DNA from: Candidatus Multivoradales bacterium
GTDB lineage: Bacteria; Acidobacteriota; Thermoanaerobaculia; Multivoradales; J023
Direction: 5' to 3'
DNA: 64,000 nucleotides
NCBI GenBank assembly: GCA_965248925.1
Contig: CBDFLE010000006.1
Coordinates: 4,352,001 to 4,416,000 of the forward strand
The notes beneath the pieces were generated by a model. It was not told where the DNA came from, made no database searches, and was given only the letters and a program-made list of their open reading frames with translations. Of the stretch, positions 38,472 through 48,218 are shown one piece after another. The position numbers and the translations under genes were made by a program. Numbering within the stretch: position 1 is the stretch's first letter; every line of letters starts with the position of its first letter.

Positions 38472-40457
38472 CTAGTTAAACAGGGGCAAGGTGTCGTCTG
38501 CGATGAAGACCTGCTTGTCGGCGGCGGTGGCGCCAGCGATCGCCGGCACCGAGGTGGCGACGATTACCTGAATGGAGTTGGCGTGCTGCTGCTCGATCTG
38601 CTGTAGCAGCTCGACCACCGCGGCGAAGTCGCGCTCGACCATCTCTTCTTTGCCCGGCGAGTCGATCAGCACCAATCCGGGGTGGCCTCCCGCGTCGGGT
38701 TCTTCGGCGGTGATCAGCGCCAGCGCCAAGTAGAAAGCCAGGACGAAGCGCACTTTCTCACCGGCGCTGAGTTCTTCAAAGACGTAGTCATCGCCATTCT
38801 GGCGGATCCGCGGCCGCAGCTGGGAATCGAGTTCGACCGTTTCGAGTCCAGGGAAACCAATCTGCTGGCAGAATGCTTCGACCCGGCCGGCGAAGCTGCC
38901 TTTGAGGCCCTCGTTGAACTCTGCATCGCGGGTTCGCAGATGGTCCAGCACGGCATCCAGCACCCGCTTGCGGGTCAGTTGCTGATCCATCTCGTCGCCA
39001 TCTTTGCCGGTTGAGCTTAACTGGGTGCTGGCCTCGAACTTGGCTTCGAGGCGACCGAGGAAACGACTCTCGAGTTCGATCTCCCGCTCGACTTCCTCGG
39101 TACCCTGGTGGGCAGCTCGCAGTTGGGCTTGGAGCTGTCCCTTGCGTTGGGTGAGTTGGCGTGCTCGGCCTTCGGTGGTGGCCAAACGGCGGCGCAGCCG
39201 CTCGTCCAATTGCTGCTGCTCTTGCAGGCGCTGGCGGGCTTCCTCAAGCCGCGCCTCAAGGGCTTGCTGGCGGTCGCTGGGGAGGTCTTCATGGCACAGG
39301 CCGCAGTGCTCAGCTTCAGCCTCTGCGGCGGGGAATCGACGGCGCTGATCCAGGGCCACGTTGCAGGCCGGGCAGCTGCTGAGTTCCTCACCCAACAGGC
39401 CGCGCTCTCGGGTTGCCTCCAGGCGTTCGATTTCGGCCGTGCTGCGGCTGCTGGCCTGCTCGGCCTCTTGCAGCTGCAAGGCGGTCTGGTGACGCTCTTC
39501 GTCGGCCTCCAACAAGGTGGTGGTGAGATCGGTGAGGCGCTTGTCGAGGTCGGCCGTCGTGGACCGCAGGCGCTGCGTTGTCCGCTTGTTCTTGAGCTCG
39601 TCGACGTAGCCCTGCAAGCGCTCGATTTCCTCGCTCAAGCTCTTGAGATCAGGGGTGCCCAGTGCCTTCTCGGTGCGTTGTTGATAGCGCTGCTCGGTGG
39701 CCAGCCGATGCTCTAGCAGAGCGCGTTCTGCTTCGACCGCAAAGAAGGCGTCGATGCCGCGCAGGCCCAGCAACATGCCGACGATCTTCATGAACAGATT
39801 GCCATAGCCCTTGCCGTCGGTGACCAGGTTTACGTAGCCGTGGTCTTGGGGAATCGACAAGCCGCGGAAGTAGGCGCGGTAGGAAGTCACCGACTCGTGC
39901 AGCGCGTTACCTGACTTGCGCGAGTCTTTCTGCGTGCCACGCAGCGGACGCAAGCCAAAGGCCTGGTTGAAGAATTTCTCCAACCGGCGCTGCATGTCGC
40001 TGCCGTTGTGAAACTCGAGCAAGGTCTGATCGGCGGCAGGCCCCTTGTGGTCGGGGTCGGCGAGCTTCAGCAGGCGACCCTGGGGGCGACTCGCTTTTTC
40101 CACCTGCACCGCATGCACCACGCCGTCGAGCTCGAAAACCAGCTCGACCTGCTCGATCCAACCATCAACATCCCGCTTAAGCTCATTCTTGCCGGTCAAG
40201 CAGAGTTGGATGAGCTTGAGAATCGACGTCTTGCCCTTGTCGTTGCCGGCCCGCAGTACGTTCACCCCTGGACGGAAGATGAACTGGCCGGACTTCTCGC
40301 CGCGGAATCGTAAACCTCGCAGGGTCAGCTGGGTACGGCGGTGCGGAGCGGCTTTCAGGGCAGGTTCCAGTCCGCTCAAGGCGGCGCGAAAGCGGCGTTT
40401 GGAGAGTTTTCCGAGGCTTGGGCTAACGGCGGCGTGGAGCTGATCCAAAAGGTCCAT
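38472..40457 (-). CDS. SMC/Rad50-like coiled-coil ABC ATPase
   Basis: Walker A AGNDKGKTS, long coiled coil with CPAC and CGLC, signature LSAGEK, Walker B LVLIDSP. Confidence 0.8.
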   Translation of the reverse strand: MDLLDQLHAAVSPSLGKLSKRRFRAALSGLEPALKAAPHRRTQLTLRGLRFRGEKSGQFIFRPGVNVLRAGNDKGKTSILKLIQLCLTGKNELKRDVDGWIEQVELVFELDGVVHAVQVEKASRPQGRLLKLADPDHKGPAADQTLLEFHNGSDMQRRLEKFFNQAFGLRPLRGTQKDSRKSGNALHESVTSYRAYFRGLSIPQDHGYVNLVTDGKGYGNLFMKIVGMLLGLRGIDAFFAVEAERALLEHRLATEQRYQQRTEKALGTPDLKSLSEEIERLQGYVDELKNKRTTQRLRSTTADLDKRLTDLTTTLLEADEERHQTALQLQEAEQASSRSTAEIERLEATRERGLLGEELSSCPACNVALDQRRRFPAAEAEAEHCGLCHEDLPSDRQQALEARLEEARQRLQEQQQLDERLRRRLATTEGRARQLTQRKGQLQAQLRAAHQGTEEVEREIELESRFLGRLEAKFEASTQLSSTGKDGDEMDQQLTRKRVLDAVLDHLRTRDAEFNEGLKGSFAGRVEAFCQQIGFPGLETVELDSQLRPRIRQNGDDYVFEELSAGEKVRFVLAFYLALALITAEEPDAGGHPGLVLIDSPGKEEMVERDFAAVVELLQQIEQQHANSIQVIVATSVPAIAGATAADKQVFIADDTLPLFN

Positions 40458-40677
40458 AAACAGGGGGTTCTCACTGCCTCGGCAAGGCGTTGTTGGGACG
40501 AGTCGCGGGTCGAGAGTAGGGGCATTATATGGCAGAGTGGCGCATTTTCACCGTCCAGTGATCGGCGATTTTAGAGCGCAGACTCGGGGAACGGGAAAAA
40601 CCGCAGGTACCAAGAAACCCGCCCTCTGTGGGCGGGTCGAGTTGCGGCGCGGCAGCGCGCCGAGAGCTGGGCGCAGG

Positions 40678-41133
40678 TCAGTTGATGGCGATCTTGCGTG
40701 GCTTGGCGGATTCGCTCTTCGGCACCGACAGGGTCAGCAGGCCATCCTTGAACTTGGCTGCAACCTTGGTCGCGTCGATTCCAGAGGGTAGCGAGAAGGC
40801 CCGGCGGAAAGTGCCGTAGGCGCGCTCTACGCGGTGGTAGTTGTCGTTTTCTCCAGCCTTGGTGAAAGTGCGCTCGCCGCTGACCGTGAGGACATTGTCA
40901 TCGAGCGAGATGTCGAGGTCCTTCTTGCTCAGCCCCGGCAGCTCAGCGGTGAAGATGAAGGCCGTGTCGGTTTCTAGCAAATCTACCGGCGGTACCCAGT
41001 TGGCGCTTTCGACGGCTTCGTTGGTCGCGCCGTTGCCGCTGTCGAGCACCCGCTCGACCAACTCGAACAGCGGGTCGCGGCGGTTGGTGAAAGTGGCGGC
41101 GGGGAAACAACGAGTTAGGGAGGTGTGAAACAT
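40678..41133 (-). CDS. Hsp20/alpha-crystallin small heat shock protein
   Basis: WVPPVDL, AELPG, LTVSGER, ERAYGTFRRAFSLP, FKDGLLTL. Confidence 0.93.
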   Translation of the reverse strand: MFHTSLTRCFPAATFTNRRDPLFELVERVLDSGNGATNEAVESANWVPPVDLLETDTAFIFTAELPGLSKKDLDISLDDNVLTVSGERTFTKAGENDNYHRVERAYGTFRRAFSLPSGIDATKVAAKFKDGLLTLSVPKSESAKPRKIAIN

Positions 41134-41269
41134 GGAGAGTCTCCTTCGACTAGTGGGTGTTTGTGACCTGGATCGCTTGAGTGGCCAAAGCCACGGGGTT
41201 CGAAATTTTGTAGGTCGTGAGGCTCTTCCGGGTTGGATTCCTTGGCGGCTGATGAACTCTCGGCCCTTT

Positions 41270-41441
41270 CATGAGTAGACAACGCTAAGGTCTGAGTGGT
41301 TATTCCAAAATCTTCAGAAATAGGCTCAGATTTTTGAAATTGACTCCGCTATCGTCCGAATTGAGCGAGATCTTTGCCCACAAACGAGGCTGTGGCTTGG
41401 TTTTCTAGCTTTTGAAGCTGACCTGAGTGACTTTCGCTAAG
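41270..41441. promoter_or_regulatory. Two HAIR-like (HspR-type) operator candidates upstream of hsp20
   Basis: CATGAGT-N7-GCTAAG (41270-41289) and CCTGAGT-N7-GCTAAG (41422-41441) versus HAIR CTTGAGT-N7-ACTCAAG. Confidence 0.35.
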
Positions 41442-41921
41442 ATTTATATCCGCGGAATCACTTTAGCTCATGAATGGCAGATCATGCCGACGGGCAGGCT
41501 GCGTCTGGCATTCCGCGGTGCTGAGAGCGCCTACTGGGGTGCAATACGGGTCGGGGAGTGAGCCTTAGACGGGTGATGGAGAGAAATAGGTGGGACACGA
41601 AGCGAAGACGTTACTTGCTCAGTCGCGTCAGAGGGAGATGGCATTAAGGGCTTCGAGAGAAAGTTCGCCTCCGCTCCGTGTCCCAAACACTGGCTTGAAA
41701 AGATCGAAAAGCAGGTAAGGACGGATGTTCTGACCGGTTGACCAGGGCCTTGCCGGCGCGCCAGTAGCGCCCGCGTTGGCCGTCCTGATGTCCTTATTTT
41801 GTGCTCACACCCTCTATAGGCGTCTGGCGGCGCGAAACGTTACAAGGCAATTAGAATTTTTTTCACGAGGAGGGCTCGACGAGTCGCCGGGATCACCGGC
41901 CGTGGCCGATATAGTGGGCTA

Positions 41922-43112
41922 GTGAGCACCGAGAACCTCTCCCTCCGCCCCCTTGGCAGGCCGATCAGTCGTCGTGGTTTGTTGGGTGGAGGCTTGGCGG
42001 CGTTGGCCTCCTGGGGTTTGGGTCGCTGGGGTCGGCTGCTGGCCGAGCCGCCGATTGCTGGCGCTGTCTGGGTTGACGACCTTCCCTTTGAGGGGGAGTC
42101 GCGGGCGTCCTTGGGCGAGCTGCGCGGAGTAGGGCTGGATGCTCGACGCCTTTTCGACTTGGCTACTCTGCGCCGCGATCAGCTGGCAGCCGCCAGCGGT
42201 GAGTTCTTTGTCCGTACCGGCGTTCCGGACGGCTTGCGGCTTGAGTCTGATTGGCGGTTGGCGGTGGATGGCTTGGTCCAGCGGCCGCTGAGTCTCTCCA
42301 TCGATCAGCTCGGCGGGCTGGCGGTGGATCAAGGGGAGCGGTTGATCGAGTGTGCTGGTAACACTCGTTTTACCCGCTTTGGTTTGATTGGCAGCGCTCG
42401 CTGGCAGGGGGTGGCGGTCGCCGATTTGCTCGATCGCGCCGGGCCGAGTACCGCGGCACGGGCGTTGCGGGCCAGCGGTTTTGATGTTCACTCGCGGACC
42501 TCGACCAACTCGGCGGCGGGTTGCAGCTGGGTTTTCACCCTCGATCAGCTGCGCTCGGCGGGCGCTTTTATAGCGCTGCGAATGAATGACCAGCCGTTGC
42601 CGGCCGAGCACGGCTGGCCGCTGCGCTTGGTGGTGCCGGGGTGGTACGGCTGCTGCTCGGTCAAGTGGTTGCAGCGACTCGAGCTGGTCGCTGGCGATAG
42701 CCCCTCGACCGGCCATATGCGCGAGTTCGCCAGTCGCACTCACCAGGAAGGGGTGCCGCAGCGGGCGCTCGACTTCCGCCCGGCGCGGATCGATCCGGCG
42801 GCACTGCCGATCCGGGTGGAACGCTGGCGGGTGGGCGAGAACTGGCTCTACCGGGTGGTGGGCATTGCCTGGGGTGGGCCGCCGCCGAGCGGCACGCTAA
42901 AGATCCGCTTTGCTCCCCAGGACCGCTTGGTCTCCCTGGATCAGCCGCCGCCGAGTTGGACCGCTTCGGGATGGAGCCTCTGGTCGCACCTCTGGCGACC
43001 GCCGGCCGCCGGCCGCTACTTGATCGACCTGGCCTTTTCTCCGGCACCGCCGCGCGCCCCGAGAATGGCGATGGGGCATTACCTGCGCGGGGTGGTGGTG
43101 GCCGAGGTCTGA
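41922..43112 (+). CDS. Sulfite-oxidase-family molybdopterin oxidoreductase with Tat signal
   Basis: SRRGLL Tat motif; FFVR, IECAGN, HGWPLRLVVPGWYG, SVKWL. Confidence 0.85.
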   Translation: MSTENLSLRPLGRPISRRGLLGGGLAALASWGLGRWGRLLAEPPIAGAVWVDDLPFEGESRASLGELRGVGLDARRLFDLATLRRDQLAAASGEFFVRTGVPDGLRLESDWRLAVDGLVQRPLSLSIDQLGGLAVDQGERLIECAGNTRFTRFGLIGSARWQGVAVADLLDRAGPSTAARALRASGFDVHSRTSTNSAAGCSWVFTLDQLRSAGAFIALRMNDQPLPAEHGWPLRLVVPGWYGCCSVKWLQRLELVAGDSPSTGHMREFASRTHQEGVPQRALDFRPARIDPAALPIRVERWRVGENWLYRVVGIAWGGPPPSGTLKIRFAPQDRLVSLDQPPPSWTASGWSLWSHLWRPPAAGRYLIDLAFSPAPPRAPRMAMGHYLRGVVVAEV

Positions 43113-43133
43113 GGGCTGCCTCTGGCTTGCAGC

Positions 43134-45041
43134 CTACTCTTGATCGTTGCTCCCCAGCACCACTCGGGCCCGCAGTCCGGGCCGGCGTAGGCGCACCTCT
43201 AGCTGGCGCAGGTCTGCCGGCGCCAGGTCGCGGTCGGCGTAGAAGCGCACCGTGTACTGGCTGCGCAGCTCGGCGTTGATCTCGGCGTAGGCCTGGCTCA
43301 GTTGATCGACCGAGTCGACAAAATACAACCTGCCGCCGGTCTCCGAAGTCAGCTTGCGCAGCTCGCGTTTGGGGTAGGTGCGGGGGATGTCGTCGAGCGC
43401 GCCGAGGCCGATGATGTAAACAGGAACGCCGGTCTTGCGCCCCATTTCGATGCCATTCTTGGGGCCGTAGCGACTGTCGCGATCATCGCCGTCAGAGAGC
43501 ACCACCAGGGCTTTGCGGCCCGGCTGCCGCTCGAACTGTAGCATTGAGAAGACCACCGCGTCGTACAGCGCGGTGGCGCCCTCGGGATTGAGCTGGCCGA
43601 GGCCGCGGATCAACTCACCCATGTCGCCGGTGATCGGCTGGCGCAGTCGCGGCTGTTGGTCGAAGTCGACCAAGAATGCCTGATCTTCGGGACGCAGGGT
43701 ATCGCTCAAGAAGCGGGCAGCGGCGCGTTGGGTGGCGGGCATGAGCAAACGCATGCTGCCTGAGGTGTCGATCACCAAGCCCATCAGCAAGGGAACATCG
43801 TCGGCGTAGGCCAGGCTGTCGAGGGTTCGTGGGCGATCGTCGAGCAGGATTTCGAACTCGTCCTGGCGCAGATCCTCGACCGGTGCGCCCATTTCATCGG
43901 TGACCACCAGACGGATCTCGACTAAGTTGACTTCCACCTCCTCGCCACCGGCGTCGCTGGCCAGCAAGACGACGTCGTCGATCGTGCGGCCGTCTGCCAA
44001 GTAGGCCGCTACCCGGATCCAATCGCTGGGTCCAGCGTTGGCGGTCGCTATCCGGGCGCGGAATGGGGGCTGGCTCAAAGTCTCGACCAATTGCTCGTTG
44101 CGATAGACCTCGACCCTGCTCAGCTGGCCGTCGGCGGGTACGGTAACTTCGACTTCGAGGTCGGTCTCGGCGCCGCCTGCCCGTGGCCGCAGATTGCGGA
44201 TCCACACCCGAAAAGGAGCGTCCAGGCGGTTGACTTCGAAGCTGTCCTTGCCCAGCAAAACCTCGCCACCACGGCCCCAAGCCTCGACTCGCACCTCTTG
44301 GGTTCGTGCTGGGCTGGCCAGATTCAAGCGCGCGTTGTAGGGGCGCAGGCGGTCCTCAGCTACCTGCTTGCCGTCGAGGAAGAAGATCACCCGGCGCACC
44401 TCTGGGCTTGAAATCAAAGTGTCGAAGCGGGTGCTGCCGGTGGCTGGCTGGCGCCGCGGCGGGATGATTCGCACCACCGTCTGGCGCTGCTGCTTGGCGC
44501 CAGGAGTCGCGGCGACGGTGATCTGGTACCAGGCCTTACCGGCGCCGTTGAGATGCACCGCCGCGCTGCCGGCGGAGTGCTGTCGGGCGTCGGCTTCCTC
44601 GACCTGCACCGCTGCCCAAGGACCGTCGCCGAGCTGTACCACGGCCAGCACTGACAGCACGTCCTCGGGCAGCTCGATCGCGGCGGAATAGACCATTTGG
44701 CCACCGCCAGTCGGCCGCAGCCGTTGGCGATGGGCGACCTGCAACGCCTCGCCGTTGTCGACCAGCAGGGCCAGGCACAGCTGGGAGGTAGCGGGGAGGG
44801 CGAATTCAAGCTCGACTCGGGCCAACCAGCGGCCCTGATCGAGGAGTGCTTCGTCGAGGAGGTAGCCAGCATTTAGGGGTAGTTGGCCGCTGGCCTCTCC
44901 TTGAAGAAGTTTGTCAGCGAGCTGCTCAGCTGGTCGACAATCAGCCGTGGCAGATGCTGAGCGCGGTGCGAAGGCCGCCAGGGCGATTGCCAACGTGAGG
45001 AGGACGAGTCTGGATAGAGAGAGCGACGGAGGGCTTGGCAT
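43134..45041 (-). CDS. Secreted Ig-like + VWA domain protein
   Basis: MIDAS motif DTSGSM, TALYDAV, RKALVVLSDG, ETGGR, ELRSQY. Confidence 0.8.
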   Translation of the reverse strand: MPSPPSLSLSRLVLLTLAIALAAFAPRSASATADCRPAEQLADKLLQGEASGQLPLNAGYLLDEALLDQGRWLARVELEFALPATSQLCLALLVDNGEALQVAHRQRLRPTGGGQMVYSAAIELPEDVLSVLAVVQLGDGPWAAVQVEEADARQHSAGSAAVHLNGAGKAWYQITVAATPGAKQQRQTVVRIIPPRRQPATGSTRFDTLISSPEVRRVIFFLDGKQVAEDRLRPYNARLNLASPARTQEVRVEAWGRGGEVLLGKDSFEVNRLDAPFRVWIRNLRPRAGGAETDLEVEVTVPADGQLSRVEVYRNEQLVETLSQPPFRARIATANAGPSDWIRVAAYLADGRTIDDVVLLASDAGGEEVEVNLVEIRLVVTDEMGAPVEDLRQDEFEILLDDRPRTLDSLAYADDVPLLMGLVIDTSGSMRLLMPATQRAAARFLSDTLRPEDQAFLVDFDQQPRLRQPITGDMGELIRGLGQLNPEGATALYDAVVFSMLQFERQPGRKALVVLSDGDDRDSRYGPKNGIEMGRKTGVPVYIIGLGALDDIPRTYPKRELRKLTSETGGRLYFVDSVDQLSQAYAEINAELRSQYTVRFYADRDLAPADLRQLEVRLRRPGLRARVVLGSNDQE

Positions 45042-45148
45042 GCGATCCTCATGAGTGGTGCGAGTTGGCAGGGCAGGGGGATTGCCAGTCGAGGACAATT
45101 TCTTGGGATTTCCGGAAGGAAAAGTGACCTGATGAGGTTGATTGCAGT

Positions 45149-46165
45149 ATGTCTTCCGATCCGCCAGCGGCGAATTCAGCATCTAGGATAGCGCGACTCG
45201 GTTTCCTGCGACGGCTCGCTCAAGGGGCGACGGCGCTTGCCGTCGTTTTTGGTTTGCCGTGGGCAGCGATCGGTCTGCAAGATGACTTGGCGGTCGTTGA
45301 CTCGCGAGTCGAGCAGTTGCAGGCGGTCTGGGCGGCGGCATCGGCGCCCTGTGCCGCAGCTGCCGAGCAACGATTGGCGGCGACTAGCGAAGCCGCGGTC
45401 AAGGCCCCCACCGAGAAGGCGGTTGCTCTCAAGCGCAGGCCGGCGCCGTACAAGACCGGCGAGTTGGCACTCTACGATGTGCGCTGGGGGTTATTAAAAG
45501 CTGGCGAGATCCGCCTCGAAGTGCTGCCGCAGGCACGGATCTCGGGTCGGCCGGCATGGCATTTTGCCGGCACGGCCGAGTCGTCGGCACTGGTGCGGGT
45601 GGTCTATCGGGCCGAGGATAGCTTCGACAGCTTGGTCGATCAGCAGAGCTTCTTGCCCGTTGGTCTGCACATCGAAGTTGACGAATCCGGTGAGCGCGGC
45701 GAGCGCTCGGTATTCTACGACCACCGGCAAGGCATCGCTCACTATCTGAAGGATCGCACCCGCCACAAGCATGGAGCGAAAACCACTTGCCGCAAGGATC
45801 CGATCGACGCGCAGGCTTTAGATGTGTTCGCTGCCCTCTATCGTCTGCGCACGGTAGAACTCGAGCCGGGCAAGACGATTTACCTGCCGGTGTACGACAA
45901 CGGCAAGAGCTGGAAGGCTCGCGTCGAAGTTCTCCCGCGGACGCAGATCAACACTGGCCTCGGCCGTCAGTCGGCGATTCCGCTGCTTATCTCCTCACAG
46001 ATCGAGGGCAAGCTGAATTCCAAGAAAGATCTCCGCATCTGGCTCAGTGACGACGAGCACCGGGTGATGCTGCGTTTCGAGGCCGCCCTGGCCTGGGGCA
46101 AACTGCGGGTCGGCCTACGCAGCTACCGGCCGGCGGCCGGTCAGCAGCTGCAGGGCCGTGGTTGA
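45149..46165 (+). CDS. DUF3108-like protein
   Basis: GELALYDVRWGLLKAG, DVFAALYRLR, IWLSDDEHRV pattern. Confidence 0.65.
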   Translation: MSSDPPAANSASRIARLGFLRRLAQGATALAVVFGLPWAAIGLQDDLAVVDSRVEQLQAVWAAASAPCAAAAEQRLAATSEAAVKAPTEKAVALKRRPAPYKTGELALYDVRWGLLKAGEIRLEVLPQARISGRPAWHFAGTAESSALVRVVYRAEDSFDSLVDQQSFLPVGLHIEVDESGERGERSVFYDHRQGIAHYLKDRTRHKHGAKTTCRKDPIDAQALDVFAALYRLRTVELEPGKTIYLPVYDNGKSWKARVEVLPRTQINTGLGRQSAIPLLISSQIEGKLNSKKDLRIWLSDDEHRVMLRFEAALAWGKLRVGLRSYRPAAGQQLQGRG

Positions 46166-46296
46166 CCGGCGACCCAGATCCACGATCTTCCCCCCGCGAG
46201 AATTCAAGACCACGGTTGTCTTTTGTAGGGGCGCCCAGCGTGCGCCCGGTTTGGCCAAGCGAGGTCGTTCTGCGGCGAGGCCACCGCCGTACGCCC

Positions 46297-46692
46297 CTAC
46301 GAGAGATCTTCGGGCCATTCAAAAGGGGCCGGGTGCAGCTCGCGCAACCGAAAGTGGCGTCGCACGCCGCTTAGATTGGCCACCTGGATCGGCAGGTCTT
46401 TGCAGAACTCGGTCAGTGATTCCAGGCACATGCCGCAGGGGGTAGCCGGGGGATCGGTGTCGGTGACCACGGCGATGGCGCGGAACTCGCGGTGCCCCTG
46501 CGCTACCGCCTGCACCAGCGCGGTTCGTTCGGCGCAAATAGCCAGGCCGAAAGAGCGGTTTTCGACATTGCAACCGGTGATGATGCTGCCATCCGGGAGC
46601 AGCAAGGCGGCGCCGACTTGGAAGCGGCTGTAGGGTGAATAGGAACGCTCGCGAGCTTGCCGAGCTGCCTCATGAAGTGCTTCCCAATCCAT
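46297..46692 (-). CDS. cdd: Cytidine deaminase (homotetrameric)
   Basis: YSPYSRFQVGAA, GCNVEN, CAERTA, PCGMC. Confidence 0.93.
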   Translation of the reverse strand: MDWEALHEAARQARERSYSPYSRFQVGAALLLPDGSIITGCNVENRSFGLAICAERTALVQAVAQGHREFRAIAVVTDTDPPATPCGMCLESLTEFCKDLPIQVANLSGVRRHFRLRELHPAPFEWPEDLS

Positions 46693-46869
46693 TTTCCCAG
46701 TCTACCAGTCTGGCTCTATCCATAGGCTCTGGCCGCGCGGCCTAGCGGAGGCTGAGGCTCAGGCCTGTGATAGCGTGATGTCGATTCGACTTGCCTATCG
46801 ATACGCATTTCAAGCCCTTGGGTCGCCGCCTTCCATGGCTCGGCAGACCCACCTCCAGGAGGAGAAGAT

Positions 46870-48117
46870 ATGACTACTCAAGGGGATTTCTACAAGCCGC
46901 CGGCCGATGGCCAGGAGATTAGTTTTGGCGACAGCAGGCTAAATATTCCAGATCGTCCGATCCTGCCCTTCATCGAGGGCGATGGCATCGGTCCGGACAT
47001 CTGGCGAGCCACTCGGCGGGTACTCGATGCAGCGGTAGAGAAGAGCTACGGTGGCCAGCGTCGCCTGGCCTGGATGGAAGTGCTGGCTGGAGAGAAGGCG
47101 CAAGAGCATGCCGGTGAATGGCTGCCCGAGGCCACCTTCGAGGCTATCCGCCATTACCACGGGGCGATCAAAGGACCGCTGACCACGCCGGTGGGGGGTG
47201 GTTTCCGCAGTCTCAACGTTACCCTGCGTCAGGTGCTCGACCTGTATGCCTGCGTGCGGCCGGTGAAGCACTACCCGTTGGTGCCCTCGCCGGTGAAGAC
47301 GCCAGAGAGGGTCGACATGGTGCTGTTCCGCGAGAACACCGAAGATGTCTACTCGGGCATCGAGTGGCCATCGGGTAGTGACGAGGTCGGTCATCTGATC
47401 CGCTTCATGAAAGAAGAGCTGGGCAAGGATGTCAGGCCGGATAGCGGCATCGGCATCAAGCCGATCTCTCCCTTCGGCAGCAAACGGTTGGTGCGTAAGG
47501 CGATTGAGTTTGCTATCGCCGAGCAGCGTGACAGCGTCACTTTGGTGCACAAGGGCAACATCATGAAATTCACCGAGGGTGCGTTCAAAGATTGGGGCTA
47601 CGAGTTGGCGCGCGATGAGTTCGCCGAGCAGACGATCACCGAGGCAGAGGTTTGGGACCAGCACGGCGGCAAGGCACCCGCCGGCAAGGTGGTGATCAAG
47701 GACCGCATTGCCGACGCAATGTTCCAACAGGTCTTGCTGCGCCCCGCCGAGTACGAGGTGTTGGCCACTACCAACCTGAACGGCGACTATCTCTCAGATG
47801 CCTTGGCTGCCCAGGTTGGCGGTCTGGGGATGGCGCCGGGCTCTAACGAGAGTGACGACTTGGCGCTGTTCGAGGCGACCCACGGCACCGCTCCCAAATA
47901 TGCCGGGTTGGACAAAGTCAACCCGGGTTCGCTGATTCTCTCCGGCGTCATGTTGTTGCGCTGGTTGGGATGGCCAGAGGCGGCCAATTCGGTAGAGCAG
48001 GCGATCGGTGCCACCATCTCGCAGAAACGGGTCACCTACGATCTGGAAAGGCAGATGGATGGTGCTACTTTGCTCAAGACCTCGGAGTTTGGTGAGGCCA
48101 TCGTCGCCAATCTGTGA
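46870..48117 (+). CDS. icd: NADP-dependent isocitrate dehydrogenase
   Basis: [54 protein letters not shown]. Confidence 0.96.
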   Translation: MTTQGDFYKPPADGQEISFGDSRLNIPDRPILPFIEGDGIGPDIWRATRRVLDAAVEKSYGGQRRLAWMEVLAGEKAQEHAGEWLPEATFEAIRHYHGAIKGPLTTPVGGGFRSLNVTLRQVLDLYACVRPVKHYPLVPSPVKTPERVDMVLFRENTEDVYSGIEWPSGSDEVGHLIRFMKEELGKDVRPDSGIGIKPISPFGSKRLVRKAIEFAIAEQRDSVTLVHKGNIMKFTEGAFKDWGYELARDEFAEQTITEAEVWDQHGGKAPAGKVVIKDRIADAMFQQVLLRPAEYEVLATTNLNGDYLSDALAAQVGGLGMAPGSNESDDLALFEATHGTAPKYAGLDKVNPGSLILSGVMLLRWLGWPEAANSVEQAIGATISQKRVTYDLERQMDGATLLKTSEFGEAIVANL

Positions 48118-48218
48118 GCTAAGTCGGCCGGGCGAAACATCGCCCGGCCGTCGAGCGTAATTTCCTGGGAGGGGCACCGATTCCCTGGCCCTGGACACCT
48201 TAACGAGACCACCTACCA

